A stretch of DNA of 64,000 nucleotides from Nitrospirales bacterium (GCA_965203295.1 CBDBCZ010000018.1:2272001-2336000); one strand, 5' to 3'. Shown: positions 24,391-38,279, numbered from the stretch's first letter. Made by a program: numbers and translations. The notes: generated by a model from the letters alone, not told the origin.

Positions 24391-25428
24391 TTATGCTCAA
24401 CAAATGTCCCTATTGTACTCAAATTATGCTCATTGTGACCCTCGTAGCGAAACCTACCATAAACTCCAAGTATGCGTGGGTGGATAATCGGTGGTGCATA
24501 TTTTCATAATTTCTAGCATGTTCACTGCTATTGGACCACTCCCCTACAAGGTCTGACAGTAAGAGATTGGTAGCTTGCTAAGTTTCCGCTACACATTAAT
24601 TAAGTGACCTAATTTCTCCCAAGAATCTACCTATTATGCTTGCATTATGCTCAGTGCTTCTGCATACCTATTATGCTCATTTTAATGCTGGCATAATCGG
24701 CTCACCCTTACTGCAGAGGGAAAAAGCTGCTGATTCTGCGAAGTGCACGAAGTAATGTGGATACAACTGCACTTTCAGTACAAGTAGTACTTACTCTCAC
24801 TGCCACATAAGCGGGACTTCCAAAGAATCTATGTTCTGTATTTGGTAGTGGCTACCGTGCGAGACTGACTGGAATTACCCCGTGACCAAAAACACCCCGC
24901 GCTACCTTATATTGATAGTGTGAATCTCAGAATGCTGAAAGGCAGTATATACTAGGTATAGCATGTATGAACAGTACTTAAGAGGGGCCAGAGTAAATGC
25001 CTGCCCATCCTATGTGAACAAATGGTGATTTACATGTATGCATCACAGTCCTCTATTCTGTATGTGTGTTTAGGTGGCAACAGCCAAGCAGTCTTATTAT
25101 GCGTCTTGAAAAGCATGGAGCTTACGGAAACTTCACCCCACCCTTTTCAAGTGAAATGATGTACACCTGACTCATTTACCAATCTTGAAAGCATGCACTG
25201 CCCACTTTCTGTTCCTTTGTTCATTATCGTTGTTTACCCAAAATCTGTACACCTAGGGGTGTGCTCATCTTGTTAATAACAAAGAAATATGTGTCACAGG
25301 CAACATCATACATGTACATGTACATATCCTGCAAAGTTAATCACAAGTTACTCATTATTACATTGTAGCTACTACTACATAGTCAGTTCCTGCGGAGGAG
25401 AAAAATATTGTATGAATGTCACCATTAA

Positions 25429-26086
25429 CTCATTGCATGCGACAACAATTTACATGTGAAATTAGCCTACGCGTCATAATTATCAATTAACGCGCACTAA
25501 GCATTTCCGTGTAGCGTTTGGCTATTTTTTCGCTAACCGGGTCAAAGAATCGGCAGATTCCCTGTTGTTTTTCTTTGAAGACTATCAGCCACAGCTATTC
25601 AGCACAAAAAGGGCCATGGATTGGATCATCAAAGCTTCTTCAGGATCGATCACACGGTTCACGGTAAATTTCCAATACGGCAACGTTGAAAATGAGTTGA
25701 AAACAAAGTCTGTGCACACTGGCAATAAAGCAAGATGGTCCAACAGACTCCCTGACTCTTTCCAGAAGCAAGATTGCTGAAGCTACCACTGACAGTGACT
25801 GTAGAGTCCGAATAACTGCGTAGCAATGTAGCTAGCCATAGTTAGCGATCGTTAATTGGCTGCCAATTTTGCTGTGCATGAGCCGCTATTTTACAAACCT
25901 TTGTCTAGTTTCGGTACAATTACATCACAAAGGTGTGGCTAAAGAAGCCATAGCCACGAGGGAGGGACTTCCCCTTCGCTAAGGGCCGGTAAACGCGAGC
26001 AAGTGTATGAACGCCTATATATAGGCGCTCCGCGTAGACTAATTATACTACGTACGCCTATATATAGGCGCACCGCGTGCAATGAA
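25429..26086. mobile_element. piggyBac-like MITE (TTAA flanks)
   Basis: ttaa|ctcattgca ... tgcaatgaa|ttaa; related copy at 45115-45750. Confidence 0.75.
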
Positions 26087-26173
26087 TTAATATGAAAGAA
26101 ACCCTCAAGTAACACTAATGTCTCCACATACCTTAACAGCTAGACAACAGAAGAGCAGTCAGGGCACCTAATA

Positions 26174-26366
26174 CCGTAGGACTGGTTTTAATTGTATCAT
26201 TGGGTTTGGTGTTTTGAACGTAATTTGCATATTTTATAATTGCATTATTGAGTGTACGTACATGTATACGTGTGGGTACTGCGTAACGCGTAATTGTGTT
26301 CTAATTTTAATGAGCTTCAAAAAAAATTGCGTTCACGTTTATTAGCAATTAAACCCGGTATTACGG
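26174..26366. mobile_element. Tc1/pogo-like MITE (TA TSD, CCGTA ends)
   Basis: ta|ccgtaggactggttttaattg ... caattaaacccggtattacgg|ta. Confidence 0.75.
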
Positions 26367-27268
26367 TAGTAACTGCGCTTACAGTACACAAGAGAACCAG
26401 CAAAACTGCACCATGTGAGCAGTTTCAGAGCACAATCACTGAGCCCCAAGTGCACACCTACTTCAGCTCATTAGTATGGGTTAGACTGAGTACAGCAACA
26501 TATGTAATAGTTAGACAGTGAAACTGAGGTTTCTTAGTTGTATAGTGAGTGCACTTGTGGGCTTCAGTAGTAGCTAAAGCCAGACAGTAATTGACTGAGG
26601 TGGAGTGGAGGACAATTACTGCCTGGCAGCCCACAAGTGCACAATACAACTAAGGAAGGGAAGTTTCACTGGCTAACTGTTTTAGAAAATTTAAGCAGCC
26701 TGATGTGTCCCAAACCCCAAGTTCTCTGACTCAGAGTTCCAAGAAGCTCAAACTAAACCATGTGTCTACTGTGAAGCCAGAAAAGCCTATTCCCCTTGAT
26801 ACCAAGCAGCCAATTTTTCAGATTTCAGGAGGTAGCAGCAACATTACCATTAAACATTAACTCCAAAAACTAAACTTTTCTGACTGCTATTGTTTGTTTT
26901 GCACATGTTTTGTATTGTTTGGCATACTTTGTATTGCTATTTTGTAAAGCTGTGCTTGTTTACTATGATTTGTATCATTTCATATGGCAGGTCATTAAAT
27001 GGTTAGTGACCTCTCAGCAGGTCACTAACCCAGTAAGAAATCTGGTAGTGAGTTACTAGGCTGGTCAAGTACCTCATTAGCGGTATGCACATCAAAGTGT
27101 GAATATTCATAACTTTACTAATCACCCTTAAACTGCATTAATTAAATACTCATTCACTGAGTAGGTACAGCAGACTTCTCAGCTTGGTCGACTTCAAGTG
27201 CTAGCTGAGGACTTCCGCACATTTTGAGGTGTTGGAGTTGCACAACAACTTAGCATTAGCAGTTAGGA

Positions 27269-28094
27269 TAACCTCAAACCCAGCCGTCCCAGCTTTTTTT
27301 CGCTTGCAGGGAGAAAAAGCGGAACGCCTGGGAACACTTATCACGTGATATGACGTAAAGGTAGAACCAAGGGTAGAACCGACTTAATTGCATGTGGGGT
27401 GCACGGCCGCAAGATGGCAACCGAGCTCAGCTTGCCCACGCAAACGGGCACTACTCGTACGCTTAGTAACAGCGCTCAATTTCATGTGTTCCTGTAAGAA
27501 AGACATACCTTTGTCACTCGTACAAGATACTGGACCCGTGAAGGCGGTGCAAGATATCCATTCTCTACTGACCGTCTGGCTCGCGAGACTATGATCGTTC
27601 TCATCACTAATACACTTGTCAAGCATGCACGCGTACTAAATAGCTACCCTCTCGCATAGCTAACAAGATAACTAAATACACTGAGCTGCCTGTAGGGACA
27701 GCACCACTGGTAAAACCATGTACCACCACTGCAAAAAATTATGACAACACTGAAGAAAAGCAAAAATAGAACAATGACATCATGCAGCGTGGTCACCAAT
27801 TTGGAGAAGTACTGCCTCTGGAGACGCTGGAGCTTGTTCACGTAACTTGTTGATTCGATTCGTAGTCGTTGCACTACCATCTGTAGCTGTAAAGCGCAAA
27901 TAGTTCGCTGTCCGGACACCCAGGTAAAGCGTGCTAAAATAAGGCATTAATTTAGCGCGGGTTGCTTATCGCTTGCGGTTACTCCTGCCCACGTTCAATT
28001 AAAGTTACGTATTATCATGTGATAAGTGTTCCCAGGCGTTCCGCTTTTTCTTCCTGCAAGAGAAAAAAAGCTGGGACGGCTGGGTTCGAGGCTA
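27269..28094. mobile_element. Non-autonomous TIR element, 9-bp TSD (AcademH-like)
   Basis: Long TIRs taacctcaaacccagccgtcccagc / gctgggacggctgggttcgaggcta; TSD cagttagga. Confidence 0.88.
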
Positions 28095-28150
28095 CAGTTA
28101 GGAAGTAAAACAGCATACAAAATGATGCTAAGTTGCCGAGCGCAGAGAGG

Positions 28151-28653
28151 ACAAGTCTGACATTTCATGTCTAAAAACCAGCCGGGCACCTTTCCCATAC
28201 ATTACAATAGGTTACACACAGCTCAGCTTAGGCCAAGCTAACCGCAGCTGTAGAACTACGTAACTATACTACACTATAGTCACGTTCCCAGACCTACAAA
28301 TTATAGGCATTCTGTAGAGACAATGCAGTACAGTGAAAGTGCTGACTCAGCAGTTTCGTCGTGCACTTCAAGTTAGTAGCTATATGTCACCAAAACAGGA
28401 TCTTTACGGCTGCCTACCAAGTTTTCGCCATCTAGGCAACTCACAACTACCTTTGTTTGCTGTAGCTTAGCCTGTAAACCTCCAAAAGCTGCTATACACT
28501 GCAGTTGCATAGTAACGTATGACGTAACATATAGCGCACGTAATAAGTGCAGACGCACAAACAGACAGACAAACAAACAAACAAACACGGAAAACGTAAA
28601 GCAATCTTAGGACTAGCCGTTCACGCGCTTGCGCGCGCTCTGGCTGGTAATAA
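28151..28653 (-). mobile_element. Helentron/DINE-like non-autonomous element
   Basis: Inverted paralog of 53728-54175; accagcc/ggctggt sub-TIRs, GTTT/GTCT microsatellite, CTTGT end. Confidence 0.7.
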
Positions 28654-28889
28654 ACGTCCCCGATGGGCTCCAAATCTCAGCTATATAGTGTTTACATAAT
28701 TACATATATGTCCCTCACATTTCGGACCCATGCAGGCACCCTAGGATCAAAGATGGTGTCCCTGTAAGTACCATTTCCAAATTTGTGGCACACAAAGAGT
28801 CAGAGATCAGGACAAGTCTCTCACGTATGTAGTTTTACCAATGGAAGCTTAATCAGTGCAGCTGCACAATTAGTAGAGCAATGTATGTG

Positions 28890-30904
28890 TAGACGCTGTT
28901 GCTGGCTGGTCTGAGTTTGTCAAGCCAGAGCTGGCTGCTAGTCAGTGGTGGTATAAGCTTTGGCTTGAAGCGGGCTCCCCATCTGCTGGTGTTCTTTTTC
29001 AACTCAAAAAGCGTGCGCACCGTAGATATAAGTACGCCGTTCGTCGGGTTAGAAGGAGAGCTGAGCATATTAAATGCGATAGGTTGGCTGAAGCAATGCT
29101 CAATGACCCTAATCGTGGTTTCTGGTCTGAAGCTTGTCGGTTTTTCAGTAAGCGTTCTGTGTCTTCTGCTCCTGTGGTTGATGGTGTTTCTGGTGTGGAT
29201 GACATTGCTAAACTTTGGGGTGACAGGTTCAAGGAGCTGTATAATACTGCATTAGACTCAATCTCCAGTGAGCTGCTTCTTAGTCTTGACTCTAGCACTA
29301 CCTTGGCTGACATTGAGCAGATATCTTTTTCTTTTCAAACTGTCCAGGAGGCTATTGGTAAGCTGAAGCGTGGCAAATCCGATGGTGGGCCACTGGTCTC
29401 CGACCACATTGTAGAAACACCTGTTCCAATCTGTCATTTTCTTGCCCGCTTGTTTACCTCGGTGCTCAGGCATGGCTTTATGCCGGCTGCATTTCGTGAT
29501 GCCACGATCTAGCCGATCCCTAAGGGCTCCAAGGACCCCTCTGTGTCTTCCAACTATCGAGGAATTGCTCTTGCGTCCTCCCTCAGTAAGGTTCTGGAAT
29601 GGTCGATTCTTCTTTCTTGGAGTCAGTTCTTTACTACTAGTGATCTTCAGTTTGGATTTAAATCTGGATTCTCTACTACATTGTGCACGGGCGTGTTAAA
29701 AGCTGTCATTAATCGGTCTCTGAATGGTGGGTCAAAAGTATATGCTTGTTTAATCGATGCCTCTAAAGCCTTTGATCTTGTTGACCACGGAATTCTGTTT
29801 AATAAATTGCTCGATAGAAACATGCCAAAACCTCTCGTCCGGTTCTTTCTGAGGTGGTACAAGACTCAGCACCTGCGAATACGCTGGCAGGGTAAATCTT
29901 CTGGCTGCTTTCAGGTATCGAACGGGGTACGCCAAGGCGGTGTTCTGAGTCCTATCCTGTTTACTATCTATGTTGATAGTCTGCTAGAATCGCTTCGTGC
30001 CTGTGGGCGAGGATGCTATTGGGAGGATCACTTCTTTAATGCACTGTGCTACGCTGATGATCTCACTATCCTTGCTCCCTGTCCTGGTGCTCTTAGGAAG
30101 ATGTTGACACATCGTGAAGAGTTCGCTGAGTCACATGGTGTTTGTTTTAATGCCTCTAAAACGCAACTGATCTGTTTTAGGCGTACATCTCAACCAGACC
30201 GTTCATGTTTTGGTTTTGTGGTCAATTCTTACCGGTAGTTGACTCGGTGCTTCATCTCGGCAATACTTTGCATTTCGACCTCTCGGATAAGCTTGATGTT
30301 CAACGCAAGTTAATGGCATTTATCCGGCAAGCCAATTCTGTTTTGTATTGTTTTAGAGCCACCGATCCTCTAACTAAGATGAGGTTGTTTCATGCATACT
30401 GTCTCTCCCTTTACGGTTGTTCTCTGCGGAGACTAGATTGTCCTGCTTTGCGTTCGCTTGGTGTTACCTTCAATCAGGTGATTAGAAGAATATGGCATCT
30501 TCCTCGAAACTGTCACACTGCTATTGTCCACTCAGTTGGGTTAATTTCTAGTATCTTCAACATTGTGCTTGCCAGATTTAGTAAGTTTTTTTCGTCTGCC
30601 GTGTCACATTCCTCTCCTCTTGTTCGTTCGGTGTTTGTTGTTAACTCGCAATCTTGTAATTCACACTTCATTGGTATAATGTTTTGTTCGGTAGTCGTCA
30701 CTGCAAGTCCTACTCTTCTGATGATGTTGCCATGGGTCACCTTATTAGAGAAATTCGCAGCACACACTATCACATCCCGAATTTCGGTCTTCCTGAGCTG
30801 AATGCTATTGTTTTGTCTGTTTGTACTTCATAATCTATTATTCTGCATGTTCTTTTAGTTACTTGTGTTGTACCTTTATTGGTATGTCTGCCATAATAAT
30901 AATA
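28890..30904 (+). mobile_element. 5'-truncated LINE (RT domain; RTE-X-like, clade tentative), disrupted
   Basis: NYRGIAL, QFGFK, DASKAFD, GVRQGGVLSP, YADD; in-frame TAG at 29510 and frameshift near 30205; (AAT)n tail. Confidence 0.88.
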
Positions 30905-31394
30905 CCGTAAAGTACATATTATCCGCCCATGCACTTAAGTGCAAGCTGAAAGAGGGGGGTGAGCGGATAATACGTAGTTTTTATAAATGCGATGTAGTAT
31001 CCGCCCACTCGAACGCATTCCAAACGCGCGGTATACAAAGCGAGTATACAAGGTAAGTATAGCTTTTCTAGGCAAGTACCGCACCACAGTGAATGGAAAT
31101 TGTGTTGAACTAGCTATTATGGAAGCATGCAGACTACTATTAGCAGCTAAAAAGCGAAGTGGCTGACGGACTTGACGTCGGTATTCCAATTAAAGCGCAC
31201 TGAAGATCGAGTTTTGTCGTTTAATTCGGCTCGTTGTCTTGGAATTTTCAGTTGTTAGTTACATGTTTAGCTCGCATGGATGGTATTTAAGGGTGGGCGG
31301 ATACTAAGTACATAAATACCCTCCGACGTAACTTTGACTCAAAAAGGGGGATGGGCGGATAATACATCATGGGCGGATAATACGTAGTTTACGG
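30905..31394. mobile_element. Tc1/pogo-like MITE inserted in the LINE tail
   Basis: ta|ccgtaaagtacatattatccgcccatg ... catgggcggataatacgtagtttacgg|ta. Confidence 0.88.
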
Positions 31395-31602
31395 TAATTA
31401 ATGATATATGGGTGCTGAAAATGGATGGCACAATTGTACTGTACATGATCGACAGACCAAGCAATGTTAACATGTTATAGGCACTACAGCTCGTCCTCTG
31501 CTGTCTTCGCAGCAGCTGTGGCCAATCCTTGAAAAAAAGTGGCAGATAGAGGCATCATTCACCTGGTTAGCGGTCGCTATAACAATAGTTGTACTAAACT
31601 GT

Positions 31603-31969
31603 TAGCCTCGTTCCCAGGCCCGCGACTTTTTCGGTTGCACGAAGGAAAGTCACAGGGCCTGGTAACTAAAGTCACGTGATCAACTACGTCATAATCCACT
31701 TCGAAAGACGGCTGCGTTTCTCTACATTTTACCAGAGACTTTCTTTCAGCGGTAAGTCTATGGTACAAACGGGCTATAAAGAAAAGCTAAAAGAAGTGTA
31801 GACTCGCTACCTTCAATCGTTGTCTGAAAATTGCACGTGTACTCGCCCACGCTCATAATTACCTTTCTACTACCTTTCTACTCTTGGCCTCGTGCACGTG
31901 ACTTTAGATCCCAGGCCCTGTGACATCTTTCGTGCAACCGAAAATGGTGCGGGCCTGGGAACGAGGCTA
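31603..31969. mobile_element. AcademH-like MITE, 9-bp TSD
   Basis: tagcctcgttcccaggccc / gggcctgggaacgaggcta; TSD ctaaactgt. Confidence 0.9.
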
Positions 31970-32628
31970 CTAAACTGTGTGGATGGTACAAAGGTGCCAC
32001 CCATTGTCTATCATTTATAGACCACATATATATGTACCAATTACGGCAATTAAACGATGTCATTTATCTACCCAACATGAGTACTTCAGCAATGGCTGTA
32101 CAAATGCAACGTGAAGTAAACCAAAACAGTAAACTTTGCATGGTTTGCAGGACAGTGAATGCTTTTCTTCCTCATCCCCTTCGGGAAAGTCTAAATTCTC
32201 AAAAGTAGCAGCCAAATTACTTAAGGTTGAGGGCTCTGGGTAATCTCTATTAAATAGGAGCTTGGTCGTAGTTATTACTTACGGAGTCCCACCCCACTAG
32301 CGCTGGTAGCTATTCCAACTGACAGGCTGCCGTTGCATCCAACTGCAATGTCACAGAAACTGGCTTAGTCATCACTTCAGTGACTAAAACGACAAGTACG
32401 TAGCAAACAGGCTCTACAAAGTATGTCCTGTTTGCTAAATCTTGAACTCAACTCTTTGAGCATTGTACTTGAACACATCACCGTGAAGCCTACCACTGTC
32501 TTCCAAACACACTAGGACCATAATTTAGAAGTCACTGCACACAGAGCATAATAATTAAGATGTAGCATAGTAGCTGAACATGCAGTGAGGTCAGAGACCA
32601 CCCATGCAGCGTAGACGAACTATAGGCT

Positions 32629-32977
32629 TAGCCTTGTTCCCACACCTGTGACTTATTGTTTGACGAAGTAAAGTCATAGGGCCTGGTATCTAAAGTTACG
32701 TGATCAACTTACGTCATTATACACTTAAAAAAATGGCTGTGTTTCTCTACATTTTACAGAGAATTTCTTCCTTTCAGCGGCAAGTCCAAGGCACAAACGG
32801 ACTACATGTATAGAAAAGCTACAAGAAGTGTAGATTCGCTACCTTCATTCATGGCAAGTGAACTTGCCCATGCTCACAATTACCTGTTCTACTCTTGGCC
32901 TCATGCACATATAGATCCCAGGCCCTGTGACATTACTTCGTGCAACCAAAAAGGTCGTGGGCCTGAGAACAAGGCTA
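32629..32977. mobile_element. Older copy of the 31603-31969 MITE family
   Basis: Colinear internal sequence; degenerate TSD ctataggct / ccacaggct. Confidence 0.82.
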
Positions 32978-32988
32978 CCACAGGCTAA

Positions 32989-33077
32989 CATGGTTACAGG
33001 ATATGCACTCGGCATTAATCAATTAGAAGCCTCGGCATCTAATTGATTAACTGCCTCGTGTATATCCTGTATCCATG
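32989..33077. repeat. Short palindromic element with non-complementary ctc bulges (Crypton-like)
   Basis: catggttacaggatatgcactcggca-ttaatcaattaga ... tctaattgattaa-ctgcctcgtgtatatcctgtatccatg. Confidence 0.65.
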
Positions 33078-34517
33078 CTAGCCTGTGGTATATCTATAAT
33101 TTGTTATATTCTCGTGACTACACATAGCTGACTCCCAATCACAGTCACCTGTATGCATCCGGGGGGCTACCATGTACCACAGCACGCAAGGCATAGTGCA
33201 CTTGTGTAACCCTAAGTTTGCGGGACTGTCCCCAGACTGTATGTCTGTCACATGATGAAGCCTGATTGATCCCGATTTACCATGTGGTGGTTTGAGAAGT
33301 TTAGGTATCTTCTGCAATTGTCTGTTGACTGTGAACCCATCCAAGACATTGTACAAACTCTGTACTACTAATTGCAAGGTAAAATGGATGGCATTAGTTA
33401 GTATATTATGTATGTTATTAAGTACTGTAACATCTACAATAAGCCTTTGCACATACCCTATACTCTGGAGTATAAGTACCTTATTAATATAAGTACCATT
33501 AAACCAGTTGCTATTCACTTCCTGAATACAGTGCCCATGAGTACACAATGAATATAAGTACCCATCAGAAATAAACTGGCGATGTATAAATGGTGACTAA
33601 TTAAGCATGCATAATGTCGATAAAGGGTCTGCCTAAGTCTGTATTAGAAGGCGTATGGGCTGTCAGTGGTGGCATAGAACTGCTGTGCACGAGGAAGCAC
33701 TTCACGTTGTAAAGGAAGATCGCTCACAAGAACGAACATGTGAAAGTGACTGTCTAGTCCAAAATTAAAGTTGTAGTGTCCATGCTGCCATATTTTGCCT
33801 CTAAGAAAAGCATCCCATGATTATAAGTACCTCACGTAATCTGTACCACAAAAATGTGCAATCTCTAAACAGAAATACTGGTACTTGTGCTCCAGAGTTT
33901 ACGGTAGCTGAAAGTACATGAATAGTGGTAATATAGAGTATGGCAGAAGAAAGGTAACAGGAAAATCGGAACAGTCTTGACATTGGTGACCCACATGTAT
34001 GTAGCCCAAGTGAAAGGATCAGTCTTCACTTATAGCTCTGAAAGCCTACATATAGAGTCTCACAAGACCTGTGTAGTGTCAAAGTCCTCATTCACAAGAG
34101 TCAGTAGCGCCAGTCGGCTGCTTGCGGAATTTCCACCCTCAGCCCTCGTGGTGTATAAATTTTGTGCACGCCTATATAGTGCTAGACATTGCATTTTATG
34201 TTGGAGCTACCTGCAGCTGCAACATCTTGAGCACACTTGCTAGGGTTGAATCAAAAATAGACGTACTTCTGAAAGGCGTTTAGAGCTACCAACTCCCCTC
34301 AACCAACCTCCAGTACTTCCTTTAACCCTAAAACAACCAGCGAACCTCAGCCAGACCCACTATGCCAGCAACTGTCGCATCCTCTACCCCTTCAACAAAA
34401 AAGTGAACTTCACCAGCACCGTCTAACCCCCCACCCTCAGCCAACAAACCAGCTTCCAGCATACCATCTATACCCTCAACCAACCAACAACCAGTGACCC
34501 TCAGCCACAACTGGTAA

Positions 34518-36400
34518 TCATGGAGTACGGTAGTACTCCATATGTAGGGATGGCTCTGGAAAAAAATGGCCCCCACATTCAATGCGTACAAAATGACATG
34601 TTGAGAACTCTGCTCTAGGTGTAGTCTAGGGCGAATATGAACCCTACCAGTTATTCTCGAGCGTTGTCACCACTAATCAGACTGTTATCACTGCTACAGA
34701 ATATCTCTGAAGTACCAAAGCGGCAAGTGGCTAAAACAGCCAGATGGTACATCTTGTCATTCTTCTTTCAGCCAGGCTAGCACAATGCTGGGTGAAGCGA
34801 TTACAAAGATTCCAACACGAACGGGCATGATTAACCCTCGGGTAGTGCCTTTCGGGCATAGCGTTTTCAAAGAACTTGAATTAGTTCAGCAGTGATAACG
34901 AGCACTCTTGAGTGGACGGTTGCCACTAACACGCCATTTTACGGTAGGATGGTGCGCATGCGCACACTGCCTGCGAACACGTGTTGGTCTATCTAAAGTC
35001 TACCTTCAATCTTTCGGTCCTTTTGTTTTCAAGTGGAAGTGTAAAAGTGCCTGAAAAGCAAGGTTCTCCCATCCACTCATGTGGTTGCTGACCTTCTTGG
35101 AATTCCGAGGTACTTTGCATGCACTATGCCTAGTAAATTGCGAAAAAAGAGGGCCCAGAATAAAGAACGGTACCGATTCAAAACCGTCAACGCAGAAAGG
35201 GAGCTGCTAGGGCAGCCTCGCGTGCCAGCTACAAAGCTGATCCTGAGAAGAAAAGGGCTGCCTCGCGTGCCAGCTACAAAGCTGATCCTGAGAAGAAAAG
35301 GGCTGCCTCGCATGCTAGGTACAACGCTTGCCCTGACAAGAAAAGGGCTGCCAGACGCGCCAAGTATTGGCTTAATCTCCCCCCCCATGCATCGCCCATG
35401 CGGGCGAAGGCCTTCCTGATGCTGACTGGAGTACACACGAAACCTGTACTACACGCACCATTCCAACAATGTTCCACAACACTCCATACCCTTTCATGCC
35501 ATCTCCCAAAAAAACACCCTGAAACAAGACATAGAAAAAGCACTTTACAAAAAGTGCAAAAACCACTCATGTAGGGATGCACTTCCACCAAAAAACAATT
35601 CCCCAAAAACCAACGAAACAAGCGACAATGCACACTGGAAGGCATGCACAGACTACCCACACATCACAGCGCAATGCATTTACTGCGTACCTAACATCCC
35701 TACATCTTTCCAACTACACCCACCCCACACTGTACCACCCCCATACACAACACCCTTCACCATCCACAATCATCTCCATCCTTATCCATACGTGCCAGCA
35801 CATTGCCATCCAACAGCCACCCTCACATCCTCATCCACAACAATATTCACATACTACACAAAACGCACCCCACAATACAACCAGCCTAAACCTTCATAGC
35901 AACATAATATTATTCCCCAGAAAACACACTCCGCTCACCAACCCCACTCACAAGCACAAACCAAGCCACACTCACCAACACACACAACCACACAATACAA
36001 CCCACATCAACTACCATGCTACACACATTCAAAAGTTACCAACACCCTACCGACACCATACCAAACACACCCACATTGTCCTCCCCTTCAGACCTTCACA
36101 GCAACACTGCTCCCATCACAACATACCAACACACAATACCCACATCAACCACCCTACAATACATTCAATTAACTTCACAACACCCGACCCACACTTTACC
36201 AAATGCACCCACATTCACCTCCCCTACAAAGAACATCCACTCACAAACTGACTTTCAACACACTCGCATAACTTCACAGCACTCAACCATACTTCTCCAA
36301 AGCCTCTATGCAAACACCATAATATACAATTCATTATAATATATGCACCCATTACCAACACATCTTTACACCCAAAACAAATTATACTACACTGGAACCC
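34518..36400 (+). mobile_element. Helitron-derived element (5' end and decayed N-terminal ORF)
   Basis: A|TC start with ggagtac-ggta-gtactcc hairpin; 45-bp repeat x3 (35215-35349) encoding ASRASYKADPEKKRA; inverted paralog at 49440-51019 starts at the same base. 3' end approximate. Confidence 0.7.
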
Positions 36401-36548
36401 CATATTGTCGACACCTTTAGGACCTAATCAAGCGCCCTGTATAGAGGGGTATCCTCAATTCAGGGGTACCTCTCATTACCAGCGCATGCACACACACACA
36501 GCAATTTACACTACCACTATTCACATCTCACATTCTCAACATTGGACA

Positions 36549-36726
36549 GGTGTGGTTGGAAAGATGTAGGGATGGTAGGTACGCAGTAAATGCATTGCGC
36601 TGTGATGTGTGGGTAGTCTGTGCATGCCTTCCAGTGTGCATTGTCGCTTGTTTCGTTGGTTTTTGGGGAATTGTTTTTTGGTGGAAGTGCATCCCCACAT
36701 GAGTGGTTTTTGCACTTTTTGTAAAG
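36549..36726 (-). repeat. Inverted copy of about 35543-35720
   Basis: Both encode TKSAKTTHVGMHFHQKTIPQ...NAFTAYL, on opposite strands. Confidence 0.9.
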
Positions 36727-38279
36727 TTTCTAATTAGCCCTTTAACTAAATGGCCAGCATCCACCACACTTACATGTTCATCCAGCCTGCACCATACCTC
36801 CACCCTCAGCTATTCAGTCAGCCTGTAACCAACTCATTTGAACAAGATCTATATGATGATTGGGAAAGTCTCCTCCCAGGTGGAGCAGTCCTTCTACAGT
36901 GCTGAGAATCTAAAGAGCTTAAAGGTTCTACACCCTACATGGTTTGATGTTATGTTCTCAAAAGTGGATTGCATATACCTACACACATCTGCTACAATGC
37001 GGGAAGGGTATTAATTAGCAATAACCTAAGGGTTCCATGGCTTTTGCAAGACACCTGACTTGGAAAATCAGTTAAAGTACTTAAAACTGCATCTTTGTTT
37101 CGAGAAAGTTCAAACCTTGGATATACCAAGCGTGAGGCCAAGGTATCCTTGAGAAATGTTCCCCTCAATCAATCAATACCAGAGATAACGACCAAAGTTC
37201 ACATCTTGAGGGGGGCATCGGTTAAGGTAGTGACTTCAGAATTTATCGTCCAAGAACTCACAAAAAAATTTACAAAACTATTAAGTTGTTGATACTAGTG
37301 TATCACTACTCAAACAATTCCTGAGTCTTACTGTTTAGTCAAAAAAAAAGGTTTGCACACAGGCTTTTCTCGCCATTTTGATTGCGTATTCTGACGTTTT
37401 TCACTCATCACACGACCTATGACGATGATTACGCAAACCACGCCTACAGTACTGACATGGACATGCTACTTGCGTCCAGTGAAGTACGGCTTGAGAAACA
37501 CAAAACTAGCGTACGAAGGCCTGTGTAGGTAATTTTTTCTCCCCCGCCCCGTCACTCGTGCGTTTGTCGCAATAGCTATCTGTTCGTTGTCGGTCCTGCT
37601 GCTGTGGCTGTCTCTCCAGAGTAAGTCTGTAGCAGTATCGAGCGTTCCAATGATTTATTCATGAGCAATACTTCCTATGACGCGCAAAAATCCGTGACAT
37701 CAAACAAACACGGCCACTAAGTATGACAGTCTATGGAAAACTCGGTGGAAAGTACCTTATTGTCAGTTCACAGCCTTATTTTTCAAGTAGCTAGGCTTAT
37801 GGAGTTATTATAAGTAACTACATTCATTTTTTAAAGTAAAAATGACAGACACTGCCTGCAGAGAAATCTACTCTTTAGATTTTGAGCACTGTACAATCCT
37901 CAGCCTTCTGAGACCACACTGGCCCCAGCATGACCATCCTGTTCATTGATTCTGCTGCCCCTAGAACTTGTGATGGTTCACTTTCCTGAAAAAGACGTCA
38001 ACAGTTTACATAAGCTGGCAGTTACACACGGATGTGAGTGTTTTTGGTGAGGAGCTTCTTGGTCAATCAACTAAAAGTGGGTGCAACAAATCAACAAAAA
38101 GTGGGTGCAACAAATTATGCAGTTTGATCCAAATCCGGCTACATAAAATGGCTAATCGAGGGTCGTGTTTGCCCACCAATGTCTGAGAACACACGTCAAG
38201 AAGTACACTGGCAACAGCTAGTCTAAGCTTTAGATGTGCCATACATTCAGTGTTAATACAGGATACAGGTGTGTATCAT

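Larger units (their letters stand above)
22729..24710. mobile_element. hAT-type MITE, 8-bp TSD, interrupted by 22799-24390
   Basis: Imperfect TIRs tagggctgagcctatcatgc / gcataatcggctcaccctta; TSD ctgcagag; attatgct subterminal repeats. Confidence 0.85.

Noticed and set aside
33078..33548. 156-aa ORF as a gene
   Set aside because: No recognisable motif or supported splice structure.
35577..36251. 224-aa His/Thr/Pro-rich protein
   Set aside because: Explained by C/A compositional skew suppressing stop codons inside a Helitron derivative.
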